IMG/VR virus record: IMGVR_UViG_3300005680_000002
Direction: 5' to 3' (one strand)
Origin: an uncultured virus (IMG/VR IMGVR_UViG_3300005680_000002)
Taxonomy: Duplodnaviria > Heunggongvirae > Uroviricota > Caudoviricetes
Length of the DNA stretch: 20,000 nucleotides
Positions 1-8,766 of the stretch are shown piece by piece; position 1 is the first letter of the stretch; each line of letters starts with the position of its first letter. The translations under genes and the position numbers were made by a program. The notes beneath the pieces were generated by a model. That model ran no database searches, was not told the DNA's origin, and saw only the letters and a program-made list of their open reading frames with translations.

Positions 1-3000
1 GAGTGGCGGGCGGCCACCGGCAAGCAGAAGAAGGAATGGATGCGGGCGGGCGATGTGCGCTCGCCGATCATCACCGAAGGGATCGCGAACAAGGCGAGCT
101 TCGATGTGCGCTTGCTGGACGACGAGGGCTTTGCAGGGCAAGAGGGCAGGGTGCCCGACGAGCCGACGAGCAAGGCCAGCCGCGTCGTCAAGAACGTGCT
201 CGAGATCTACAACAGCCACGCGAACGCCAATCAAGTCATCTTCTCCGAGAACGGATTTGGCAAGAGGGCCACCCGCAGCGCGGGCGTTCATGACGGCGAG
301 AAGCAGAAATTTACCGTGCCCGTCTTCGCCACGATGCACGACATCGTTGAGCGACTGGTTCAGGGCGGCATTCCGCGCGAGCAGATCGCTATCGTGGATG
401 GCTCGACCAGCAAGGAGCGTCGCAAGGAAATCGCCGAGGCGATGAACGCCAGCACGATCCGCGTCGTGATCGGCTCGACGGACACGCTGGGCGTGGGCGT
501 GAACATGCAGCGCAATCTGCGCGCCATGCACCACGTCGACGCGCCCTACATGCCGGGCGAACTGGAGCAGCGCAACGGCCGCGGGCTGCGCCAGGGCAAC
601 CAGTGGAACACGGTGCTCGAGTACCGCTACATGACCGATCGGCTGGACGGCAAGCGCTGGCAGATCCTCGCGGTCAAGCAGCGCTTCATCAACGCGTTCA
701 TGAAGGCTGCCGCCGGCACCCGGGTGATCGAAGGCGAGGCCGCAGCCGACGAGCAGAGCGACATCCTGGAGTCCTTCTCCGAGGCGGCCGGCGATCCGCG
801 GATTCTGCAACGCGTCAAGATGCAGAAGAAGCTGGAGACCCTGAACCGCAAGGAGCGGATGTACACGCAGGGCATCGCCGACATGCGCCGCCAGGAGCGC
901 AGCAGCGCGGAACTCGCCGATCGCCTGACTCGCGAGCTCAAGCAATTGGCCGACAGTCGCACGCAAGCGAACGTCGAGGCGCTGATCGCAAGCCAGCAGC
1001 AGGCGTTTGCGGCAACCATCGACGGCACGACCTACGACACCCGCAAGGATGCCGCCGATGCGCTGCAGGCGTTCATCGAGGCGAACGTTCGCATCGGCGA
1101 CAGCCTGAAGACGGTCGGCGAGTATGCCGGCCATTCGCTGCGCATTGAGTGGCCGCGGCACATGGACGCCCCGGTCACGCAGATCGACGCCTTCGGGCAG
1201 GAGTTCGCCGGCAAGGGCATTGCGGGCGCCGAGGCGAAGATGCGCAACTTCCCGTCGGTCATCGAGAACAAGGCCAAGCGCCGGGACATGGAGCGCTCAA
1301 CCGCCGAGAACATGCGCGCGGCGATGAATCAGCCCTTCGCCCAGGCGGCGGACCTGGAGCGAATCACCAAGCAGCTTCAGGATCTGGAAAAGGATCTCGA
1401 GATCAACCCGGTCCCACCACCGGCATGGCTACGCCAGGGTGCGCCGATCGACTCCGAGGTCCACCGCAACAAGCGGCCGTACATCGTGACCGGCCACCGC
1501 TACAGCAAGGAGGGCTGGTTCGTCATCGCCGAGGACGACAAGGGCACAGTCCTGATCCCGTACATGGAGGCGACCGACGAGGTTGGCATGCCCATGTACG
1601 AAGAGCGCGAGTTTGTGCCGCCGGTCGTGATTGAGAAGGAGAAGGAGGGCGCCGCGCCCGCAGATGCGCCGGCCGATGTTGTTGTCGACCGCGCCGCGCA
1701 GTTCGCCCCCGCCAACCCGCTGCGCAACGCCGATGGCACCTTCGCGCGCCAGGATCCGGCTGGCGACTCGCTGGCTTTCTCGGCGACGTTGCCGCGCGAT
1801 CGCAACGCAGTGCGGATCGGCATCACCGAAAAGGGGCTGGTGCGCGCGATGCGCCTGCAGTTCGATGGCCTCGCCGACGTCACCAGCAAGCTGCTGGAGC
1901 GCGGCAGGGCCGGCAAGCGCGGGGGCGTGATCGTGGTCGGAACGGCCGACAATGCCGAGATCGGCCGCATTGTGGCCGAGCGGACCGGGCGCAAGCTGGA
2001 TTCGACCATGCGCAAGTTCTCGAGCGCTGGGCGGCTCAACGGTTTCTACGACCCCAAGACCGGCCTGACCTTCCTCGTGGCGCCGAACCTGAACCCGGTC
2101 ACAGCCACCGCGGTGATGCTGCACGAGATGATGCACGGCCAGCAGCGCCAGAAGATCGACGCGCGCGCGCTGGAAATGGTCCGCAACCGGCACGGCCTGA
2201 AAGACGAGGATCTGCGCGCCTTCCTCGATCGCGTGATGCTGCGCATGATCGGCGCGGGCGAAGTGGGCAATGCCGCAGAAGCCTCCGCCTACATCGTGGA
2301 GCAAGCGGTGATCGAAGGCCGTAGCGCCGGCTACACCTTCGCCGACGGCGCCTTCATGCAGTGGGTGGACGCGAAGATTGGCAAGCGCGTGGGCGACTTC
2401 CTGCGCTCGTTCGCCGGCATGATCCGCACCTGGATGCTGCGCAACGGGCTGGGCGCGAAGGCGATGACCGTGGATGACTTCGTGGGCTACGCCATGGCCG
2501 GGCTTGACCGGGCGGCCGCGGGCGAGGTGCGCGGGCGGGCGAATGCTCAGGCGAGCATCGGATCGCGCGCCCCGCAATCCGAAGCCTTCCGCCGCTGGTT
2601 CGGTGACTCGAAGGTCGTCGATGAGCGGGGGCAGCCGCTCGTGGTGTATCACGGCACCCAAGCGGACTTTTCTGTTTTCGATGCCAGTCGTTTAGGTGAA
2701 ACAACATCAGCAAAAAGCGCAAAAAATGGATTCTTTTTCGCAAGCAACCCCGACGTTGCAAGTACGTATGCGTTTCTTGATCGCGAAAATATTCGCAGAG
2801 CAAATGAAATAAAGCTGCTCATCAAGGAAAACATTGAGGCTGGTCTTGTCCTAAGAAGGAAGGATAAAGAAAAAGCCCTTGACGCCATCGAAGATAAAGA
2901 TGGCTTCAGGAGAAATCTGCTCGCAAGGCAAGAAGAAATTGAAAGGCGTATATCAGAACTAAAAAAAGAGCAGCAAGACGCCGACAAAAAAGACCTCTAT

Positions 3001-6000
3001 GAATGGGATTCTCTTGCTGAAGATAGCGATAGGGAGCGAAAATTTCTCGCCACGCGAATTAATGGAAGTGTTGTCTACCCGGTGTATCTGTCAATCCAAA
3101 ACCCGCTATACCACGAGTTTTCTGGTGGTACGTATCGAGATGAGACATACGCATCTCTAGTTGAAAGGGCGATCAAAAACGGGAATGATGGGCTAGTGCT
3201 GCGCAATACGACAGACTCTGCAACAGGTCATGCGCACTCATCTCCTACGACTGACATATTCGTTGCCTTCCGCCCAGAGCAGATCAAGTCCGCCGTGGGC
3301 AACAATGGCGACTACGATCCGGACAACGACAACATCCTGTTCAGCCGCTCAGTCGGCGACGCGCCTGCACAAGAAGCGCAGCGCGTGCAGTCTGCCATCG
3401 AGGGCAAGACGCTGATCGAAGCGGCGCAGTTCTTGACGCGCTCGAAAGACGGCGCGAAAGCGGCCGTTGCGCAGAAGGTGCTGGAGAAGTTGCAGCGCCT
3501 GGAGAAAGCCGGCGTTACGCTCGACCTGAAGATTGTCCACCGCGGCGACATGGCCCCGGCGAGCATGGTGAATGCGCGCGGCTACACGGAGACCGGATTC
3601 GATGAGAAGGGCCGCGACATCGTTGTGTGGCTCAACGGCGCGGACGTGACCGGCAAGGTCGGCACGGAAGAAGAGGTGTTGCTGCATGAACTGGTGCATG
3701 CCGCCACGGCCGGCATGGTGTTCCATGGCACGCAGACACCGGGCTCGCTGGCCGGCAAGCATGCGCGTGACCTGATGGCCGTGACCGATGCGATTGCCGA
3801 GCACATCCGCAAGCGCTTCGACGCCGCAGACGCCGGCAAGGCAACGCTGACCGAGTTCGAGCAGGACATGCGCGAGGGCGCGAACAACGCCTTCCGCAGC
3901 GATGACGAGGTGCTGGCCTGGGCGCTGTCGAGCGGCGAGGCGCAAGCCTACCTCGAGACGATCCCCTATCGCTCGGGCTCGATGTGGTCGAACTTCGTTC
4001 AGGCGGTGCGCAACCTGCTGGGCTTGAGCGCGCGCAACGACACTGCGCTGTCTGAGGTGCTGCGCGTGGCCGAGCGCATCCTGACCGACGACGCCCCGAA
4101 TGCCGGGCGCGCGGCGTTCTGGCACAAGCGCAACATCAGGATGGCGCAGCAGCAGATACGCGGCAGCATTGTGCAGACTGCCGAGCGTGGCGCAGATGAC
4201 TTGCAGTTCAGCCGATCCGGCCTCGAAAACGCACAGCAGGCCGCCAAAAACATCGGCGCTGGCCTGAAGGCGATCACGGTGCAGGACGTGAAGAGGGCCG
4301 GCAAGCACAGGCTGACCGACTGGCTCAAGTTGGGCCTGCAGTTCCTTGGCCGTCGGCAGATCGTGGATGTATACGGCGACGTGCTGCCGCTGGCCGAGTA
4401 CGATCGGCTCGCTGCGCAGATGGAAGCCGACAAGAACGATGTGGGTGCGGCTGCCGACGAGCTCGCCCGCCGCTGGGGAAAGCTGCCCGATGAGGGCAAG
4501 TTGGCCGACTTGATGCACGACGCCACCTTGGCGCAGATCGACGCAGATTCCGCCGTCGAGTACGTGCCAGGCGACGACCTTGCCAAGAGCCGAGCGCTCA
4601 AGGCGCAGTTCGGCCAGCTCTCGACCGAAGCGCAGAAGGTTTATCGCGAGGCGCGCGACCACTACCGCAAGCATCACGCTGCGGTGCGGCAGGCGATCAT
4701 CGATCGCATCATGCGCAGCGAGTTGCGGGAAGAGCGCCGCGCCGAGCTGCTGAAGCGCATGGACGCCGACTTCTTCAAAGCCATCAAGGGCGTGTACTTC
4801 CCGCTGTCGCGCTTCGGTCAATACGTCGTGGTGACGAAGGACGATGCCGGCAAGGTGGTGAGCGTGTCGCGCGCCGAGACCATGGCCGAGGCCGAGGCCA
4901 TGCGCGCGGAGATGGTGAAGGCGTTCCCGGCCAGGGATGGGTATCAGGTCGGGCGCGTGACACTGAGCAAGGAGTTCATCGCCGGCCGCGACATGGTGGG
5001 CCGCGGGTTCATGACCGAGCTCTACGAGGCGCTGGACGAGCAGGGGCTGGATCCGCGTGTGCAGGCCGAGCTCGAAGACACCCTGGGGCAGCTCTACCTG
5101 TCGTCGCTCCCCGATCTGTCGTGGGCGAAGCACGGCATCCACCGCAAGGGAACGCCGGGCTTCTCGAGCGATGCGCGGCGCGCGTTCGCGCAGAACACGT
5201 TCCACGGCGCGCGCTACCTCGCCAAGCTGAAGTACGGCGACCAGATGCAGACCGAACTGGATCGGATGCAGAAGCACGTCGATGAGATGGCACCGATCGA
5301 GGGGTTCGATCAGCCGGCGGCGCAGCGTGTCGTGGATGAGATGAACAAGCGCCACGAAGCGACGATGAACCCCAAGGGGAACCCGCTCTCGACTGCGCTC
5401 ACGAGCTTCGGCTTTGTCTACTACCTGGGCATTTCGCCGGCCGCTGCGGTGGTGAACCTGTCGCAAACGCCGCTGGTTGCCTACCCGGTGATGGGCGCAA
5501 AGTGGGGGTTCAGGAAGGCGGGCGCCGCGCTGATGGCGGCTTCGGCTGAAGTGGTGGAAGGCAAGAACGACCTTCGCGCCGTCCTGGCTGACCGGCTGAA
5601 GAACGAGCAAGACCCGAAGGCGAAGCGCAAGCACCAGGACGAGATCGCCGCCTACGACGAGGCGGTGCGAACCGGCGTGATTGACGTGACGATGGCCCAC
5701 GACCTTGCCGGCATCGCGCAGGGCGAGGACGCCAAGGTGATGTGGAAGATCCGCCCGGTGATGCGGCTGGCGAGCTACCTGTTCCACCACGCCGAGCGCT
5801 TCAACCGTCAAGCGACGTTCCTGGCTTCCTACCGGCTGGCGCGCGACGCTGGCGCCAAGCACGACACCGCCTATTCGCAGGCGGTGAAGGCGACTTACGA
5901 CGGGCACTTCGACTACTCGACCGGCAACCGGCCGCGGGTGATGCAGGGCAACGTCGCCAAGGTAGTGCTGCTGTTCAAGCAGTACGCGCAGAACATGATC

Positions 6001-6924
6001 TACACGCTCGCGCGCAACGCCTACCAGTCAGTCAAGGGCGAGTCGCCCGAGGTTCGGCGCGAGGCGCGCAAGGTGTTCGGGGCGCTGATGACCACGCACG
6101 CGGCCGCTGCGGGCGTGCTGGGCCTGCCGATGGTGGGAACGCTGCTGACGCTGGCATCCGCGCTGGGCGGCAGCGACGATGAGCCGTGGGCCGCTGAGGT
6201 TGCGCTACGCAACATGCTGGCCGACACATTCGGGACGAAGCCGGCCGAGGTGATCGCGAAGGGCTTTTCGCGCCTGACGCCGTGGGACATTTCCGGCCGC
6301 GTCGGCCTGGACAAACTGCTGCTGCCGGACGTGAATGAGAGCCTGGAGGGGCAGCGCTGGGCCGAATCGTTCGCTACCGCCATGCTTGGCCCGGTGATCG
6401 GCATGGGGGTGAATGCCGCCAAGGGCGCGCAGAAGATGGCAGATGGAGACTACGGCCGCGGGCTGGAGGACATGCTGCCGATCTTCGCGCGCAACCCGAT
6501 CAAGGCGTACCGCCAGTACAGCGAAGGCGAAGTCGATCGCACGGGCGTGGTCATCAAGGACGAAGTGAGCTTGGCTGGCGTGCTGGGGCAGGCGTCCGGT
6601 TTCTCGCCGTCCGAGATCCGCTTGGCCTTCGAGGGGCGCAGCGCAGTGATGAGCGCCGATCGACGACTCAACGAGCGCCGCCAGGATCTGATGACGCAGT
6701 TCGCTCGGGCTGCGATGGATCAGGACCAGGACGGCATGACCGAGGCGCGCAGCGCAATCGCCGAGTTCAACAAGGTCAATCCCGGGCGCCGGATCACGCC
6801 GCCGCAGATGTGGCAGAGCGTGCGCAACCGCGAGCGCCGGATACGCGATGCAGACCAAGGAGTCTATCTGCCGCGAACTCGGCGCGACGTGATGGACGAA
6901 GGGCGGTTTGCCGAGGTTGGTTGA
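1..6924 (+). CDS. Giant DarB-like polyvalent protein, 5'-truncated (helicase C-term, 2x HExxH peptidase, ART-like domain, PLxRFG region)
   Basis: Frame is open from base 1 (EWRAATGKQKKEWM...). Helicase motifs GST..LGVGVNMQ and EQRNGRGLRQGN (~470-600); HEMMH 2122-2136; FRRWFGDSKVVD..PLVVYHGT...QIKSAVGNNG (2578-3348); HELVH 3685-3699; PLSRFG 4801-4818. Confidence 0.9.
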   Translation, partial: EWRAATGKQKKEWMRAGDVRSPIITEGIANKASFDVRLLDDEGFAGQEGRVPDEPTSKASRVVKNVLEIYNSHANANQVIFSENGFGKRATRSAGVHDGEKQKFTVPVFATMHDIVERLVQGGIPREQIAIVDGSTSKERRKEIAEAMNASTIRVVIGSTDTLGVGVNMQRNLRAMHHVDAPYMPGELEQRNGRGLRQGNQWNTVLEYRYMTDRLDGKRWQILAVKQRFINAFMKAAAGTRVIEGEAAADEQSDILESFSEAAGDPRILQRVKMQKKLETLNRKERMYTQGIADMRRQERSSAELADRLTRELKQLADSRTQANVEALIASQQQAFAATIDGTTYDTRKDAADALQAFIEANVRIGDSLKTVGEYAGHSLRIEWPRHMDAPVTQIDAFGQEFAGKGIAGAEAKMRNFPSVIENKAKRRDMERSTAENMRAAMNQPFAQAADLERITKQLQDLEKDLEINPVPPPAWLRQGAPIDSEVHRNKRPYIVTGHRYSKEGWFVIAEDDKGTVLIPYMEATDEVGMPMYEEREFVPPVVIEKEKEGAAPADAPADVVVDRAAQFAPANPLRNADGTFARQDPAGDSLAFSATLPRDRNAVRIGITEKGLVRAMRLQFDGLADVTSKLLERGRAGKRGGVIVVGTADNAEIGRIVAERTGRKLDSTMRKFSSAGRLNGFYDPKTGLTFLVAPNLNPVTATAVMLHEMMHGQQRQKIDARALEMVRNRHGLKDEDLRAFLDRVMLRMIGAGEVGNAAEASAYIVEQAVIEGRSAGYTFADGAFMQWVDAKIGKRVGDFLRSFAGMIRTWMLRNGLGAKAMTVDDFVGYAMAGLDRAAAGEVRGRANAQASIGSRAPQSEAFRRWFGDSKVVDERGQPLVVYHGTQADFSVFDASRLGETTSAKSAKNGFFFASNPDVASTYAFLDRENIRRANEIKLLIKENIEAGLVLRRKDKEKALDAIEDKDGFRRNLLARQEEIERRISELKKEQQDADKKDLYEWDSLAEDSDRERKFLATRINGSVVYPVYLSIQNPLYHEFSGGTYRDETYASLVERAIKNGNDGLVLRNTTDSATGHAHSSPTTDIFVAFRPEQIKSAVGNNGDYDPDNDNILFSRSVGDAPAQEAQRVQSAIEGKTLIEAAQFLTRSKDGAKAAVAQKVLEKLQRLEKAGVTLDLKIVHRGDMAPASMVNARGYTETGFDEKGRDIVVWLNGADVTGKVGTEEEVLLHELVHAATAGMVFHGTQTPGSLAGKHARDLMAVTDAIAEHIRKRFDAADAGKATLTEFEQDMREGANNAFRSDDEVLAWALSSGEAQAYLETIPYRSGSMWSNFVQAVRNLLGLSARNDTALSEVLRVAERILTDDAPNAGRAAFWHKRNIRMAQQQIRGSIVQTAERGADDLQFSRSGLENAQQAAKNIGAGLKAITVQDVKRAGKHRLTDWLKLGLQFLGRRQIVDVYGDVLPLAEYDRLAAQMEADKNDVGAAADELARRWGKLPDEGKLADLMHDATLAQIDADSAVEYVPGDDLAKSRALKAQFGQLSTEAQKVYREARDHYRKHHAAVRQAIIDRIMRSELREERRAELLKRMDADFFKAIKGVYFPLSRFGQYVVVTKDDAGKVVSVSRAETMAEAEAMRAEMVKAFPARDGYQVGRVTLSKEFIAGRDMVGRGFMTELYEALDEQGLDPRVQAELEDTLGQLYLSSLPDLSWAKHGIHRKGTPGFSSDARRAFAQNTFHGARYLAKLKYGDQMQTELDRMQKHVDEMAPIEGFDQPAAQRVVDEMNKRHEATMNPKGNPLSTALTSFGFVYYLGISPAAAVVNLSQTPLVAYPVMGAKWGFRKAGAALMAASAEVVEGKNDLRAVLADRLKNEQDPKAKRKHQDEIAAYDEAVRTGVIDVTMAHDLAGIAQGEDAKVMWKIRPVMRLASYLFHHAERFNRQATFLASYRLARDAGAKHDTAYSQAVKATYDGHFDYSTGNRPRVMQGNVAKVVLLFKQYAQNMIYTLARNAYQSVKGESPEVRREARKVFGALMTTHAAAAGVLGLPMVGTLLTLASALGGSDDEPWAAEVALRNMLADTFGTKPAEVIAKGFSRLTPWDISGRVGLDKLLLPDVNESLEGQRWAESFATAMLGPVIGMGVNAAKGAQKMADGDYGRGLEDMLPIFARNPIKAYRQYSEGEVDRTGVVIKDEVSLAGVLGQASGFSPSEIRLAFEGRSAVMSADRRLNERRQDLMTQFARAAMDQDQDGMTEARSAIAEFNKVNPGRRITPPQMWQSVRNRERRIRDADQGVYLPRTRRDVMDEGRFAEVG

Positions 6925-8578
6925 TGCGCGGCCGGCGCAGGAAGTGGCGTAACCTGGCTGCGCCGGCTCTCCGAGAGGCTGGAGGAGCTGGCGCGGCCGG
7001 GGTGAGTAATTCGAGGCTCGCGGCAATGCGCTGCCCGATCCATGTCACGCAAGGATCGGCCCACGAGTTTCCAATCGCCTTGTACTTCGGCCCGTCCGCA
7101 GCGGGCTTGCCGCGATAGGTGATGTCCAGGTAGTCGTCTGGAAGTCCCTGGAGGCGTGCACATTCGGTGGGCGTTAATCGGCGCACCCTCATGTGCGCAT
7201 CAGGCTGGCAATACCCGCTTTCCCAATCCTGCTGCCCCCATCCGAAACCATGCTTCCTCTCGGTCGCGCCGGATGCCGACATCGCGCCGGCCACCTGCGT
7301 CGTGGCAATCATCGGCACGCCCTGTCCCGGCTTGCCGCCTCCGGTGCTGATCGCCCCGCAGCGCTGGCCGTCGCCGCCTTCGAGGCGCACTTCATCGCGG
7401 CTGTTCTGTGCGAACGCGACCGCCTGCGTGCTGCCATCCGTATCAAGCGGCCCGGTGCGGTCGTGCCAGTGGTCGGGGTCTTGGCGGGCGTTGAAGGCGA
7501 TGGCGATTTGACCGCCTGCGTTCGCATGGCTCTTGTCGTGCCCCATGCTGCGCAACGTCGGCGCAACCTCGCCAGCATCCGCGCCGTAGTCTTTACACGA
7601 GAAGGCGACTGGAACCAGCGGCGTGCCGCGCCCCGTCCCGTCCTCGCTGGTGTCGAAGCCTTCGCCGCGTAGCGTGTGCGTGGTCGCTGGATAGGCCGCG
7701 ATCGGCGCCTCGTGATTGCATGTCAGCGTCGGGCTACGGTCTAAGCCGATCTCGGCGCCGCCTTGGCCGTGGGCCATAGAGATGATCTTGTGGCCATTCA
7801 CGTCGTCATTAGATTGGCCCATGTTGCGAACGCTGCGAGCGGTGAGCGCGCCGGTCACTTCAGGGGTGTAGCCACCGCTTGTAGCGCCTGCTTCAGCGCG
7901 GCCGGCAGATCCTTCCCTCGCTTCTCGGCTCGGCGCAGAATCCCGGCGCACGCCGTCCCACTCAAAAAGTACCGTTGCGGGATCGAACCCGTCTCGAGCA
8001 CTTGCGACAACGAACACACGGCGGCGGCGTTGGGCCAGTCCGAAGTATTGGGCGTCCAGGGTCCGCCAAGCGATTGCACGCGCGGGTCCATACACAGCAC
8101 CAGCGTTCGCCCATTTTCCCCCTGGCGCTCGAAGCGGCTCATCTTCTCCGGCAAGGCCAGCCAGAAAGCACCCGAAAGCATTGTCCTTGGTCGAGAGGAC
8201 GCCGGGGACGTTTTCCCAGAAGACGATTGCGGGGGGGCGTCCGTCTCGAACGCGAACAAAGTCGATTGCATCGGCAAGCTCCACGAATTTCAGGGTCAGG
8301 TTTCCGCGCTCGTCGGCGAGCGATTCGCGCAGGCCGGCGACGGAGAACGCCTGGCAAGGGGTGCCGCCCGCGAGCACGTCCGGGGCATCGACTTCGCCGG
8401 TCATCACGCGCTTGGCGATGGTCGTCATGTCGCCGAGGTTCGGCACGGTCGGGTAGTGGTGCGCGAGGACGGCGCACGGGAACGGCTCGATCTCGGCAAA
8501 CCATGCGGCCTGCCAGCCGAGCGGATGCCAAGCGACGGATGCGGCCTCGATGCCGCTGCAAACAGATCCGAATTTCAC
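6794..8578 (-). CDS. C5 DNA cytosine methyltransferase (large polypeptide)
   Basis: GTG at 8578 overlaps the upstream stop (GTGA). Motifs: FGSVCSGIEA (I), GGTPCQAFS (IV), ENVPG (VI), QRRRRVF (VIII), RRLTPTECARLQG (IX), YKAIGNS (X). Confidence 0.93.
   Translation of the reverse strand: MKFGSVCSGIEAASVAWHPLGWQAAWFAEIEPFPCAVLAHHYPTVPNLGDMTTIAKRVMTGEVDAPDVLAGGTPCQAFSVAGLRESLADERGNLTLKFVELADAIDFVRVRDGRPPAIVFWENVPGVLSTKDNAFGCFLAGLAGEDEPLRAPGGKWANAGAVYGPARAIAWRTLDAQYFGLAQRRRRVFVVASARDGFDPATVLFEWDGVRRDSAPSREAREGSAGRAEAGATSGGYTPEVTGALTARSVRNMGQSNDDVNGHKIISMAHGQGGAEIGLDRSPTLTCNHEAPIAAYPATTHTLRGEGFDTSEDGTGRGTPLVPVAFSCKDYGADAGEVAPTLRSMGHDKSHANAGGQIAIAFNARQDPDHWHDRTGPLDTDGSTQAVAFAQNSRDEVRLEGGDGQRCGAISTGGGKPGQGVPMIATTQVAGAMSASGATERKHGFGWGQQDWESGYCQPDAHMRVRRLTPTECARLQGLPDDYLDITYRGKPAADGPKYKAIGNSWADPCVTWIGQRIAASLELLTPAAPAPPASRRAGAARLRHFLRRPRINQPRQTALRPSRRAEFAADRLLGLHRVSGARGCARSATSAAA
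7855..8271 (-). CDS. Nested +1-frame ORF resembling the M.EcoHK31I-type beta polypeptide
   Basis: GGAG lies 7 nt before ATG 8271. The 138-aa product ends in CSLSQVLETGSIPQRYFLSGTACAGILRRAEKRGKDLP, which I recall as characteristic of alternative-frame MTase small subunits. Confidence 0.7.
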   Translation of the reverse strand: MQSTLFAFETDAPPQSSSGKTSPASSRPRTMLSGAFWLALPEKMSRFERQGENGRTLVLCMDPRVQSLGGPWTPNTSDWPNAAAVCSLSQVLETGSIPQRYFLSGTACAGILRRAEKRGKDLPAALKQALQAVATPLK

Positions 8579-8766
8579 GCCGCCTCCTTCCGCTTCGACG
8601 CCCCGGTATTCGGCGGCGGCGGCAAGTTCGACACCGGCCGCGATTCGGCCCATTCCTGCACCTCGCGCTCCAGGCGCTCGATGGTTGCGGTAGACAGGGC
8701 GACAGCCTGGGCGACGGTGGGAAGGTCCAGGAAAACCGGGGTGATGGGGATCTTCTTCGCGCTCAT
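8575..8766 (-). CDS. AlpA/excisionase-like protein, apparently with an internal deletion
   Basis: 63 aa, LDLPTVAQAVALSTATIERL-EREVQEWAESRP; coupled to both neighbours. Confidence 0.7.
   Translation of the reverse strand: MSAKKIPITPVFLDLPTVAQAVALSTATIERLEREVQEWAESRPVSNLPPPPNTGASKRKEAA

Noticed and set aside
40..42. ATG 40 as the start of the giant gene
   Set aside because: The frame is open from base 1 and begins mid-helicase, so the true start lies upstream of the window.
3349..5907. 852-aa minus-strand ORF and similar long antisense ORFs (1429-2661, 13003-14436, 7763-8782)
   Set aside because: Shadow ORFs opposite high-GC3 genes, with no recognisable motifs.
6931..6967. Intrinsic terminator after the giant gene
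   Set aside because: The 10-bp stem has a 17-nt loop and no U-tract on either strand; noted only as a junction feature.
6794..8578. Complete restriction-modification system
   Set aside because: No restriction endonuclease gene is recognisable nearby; the MTase appears to be an orphan.
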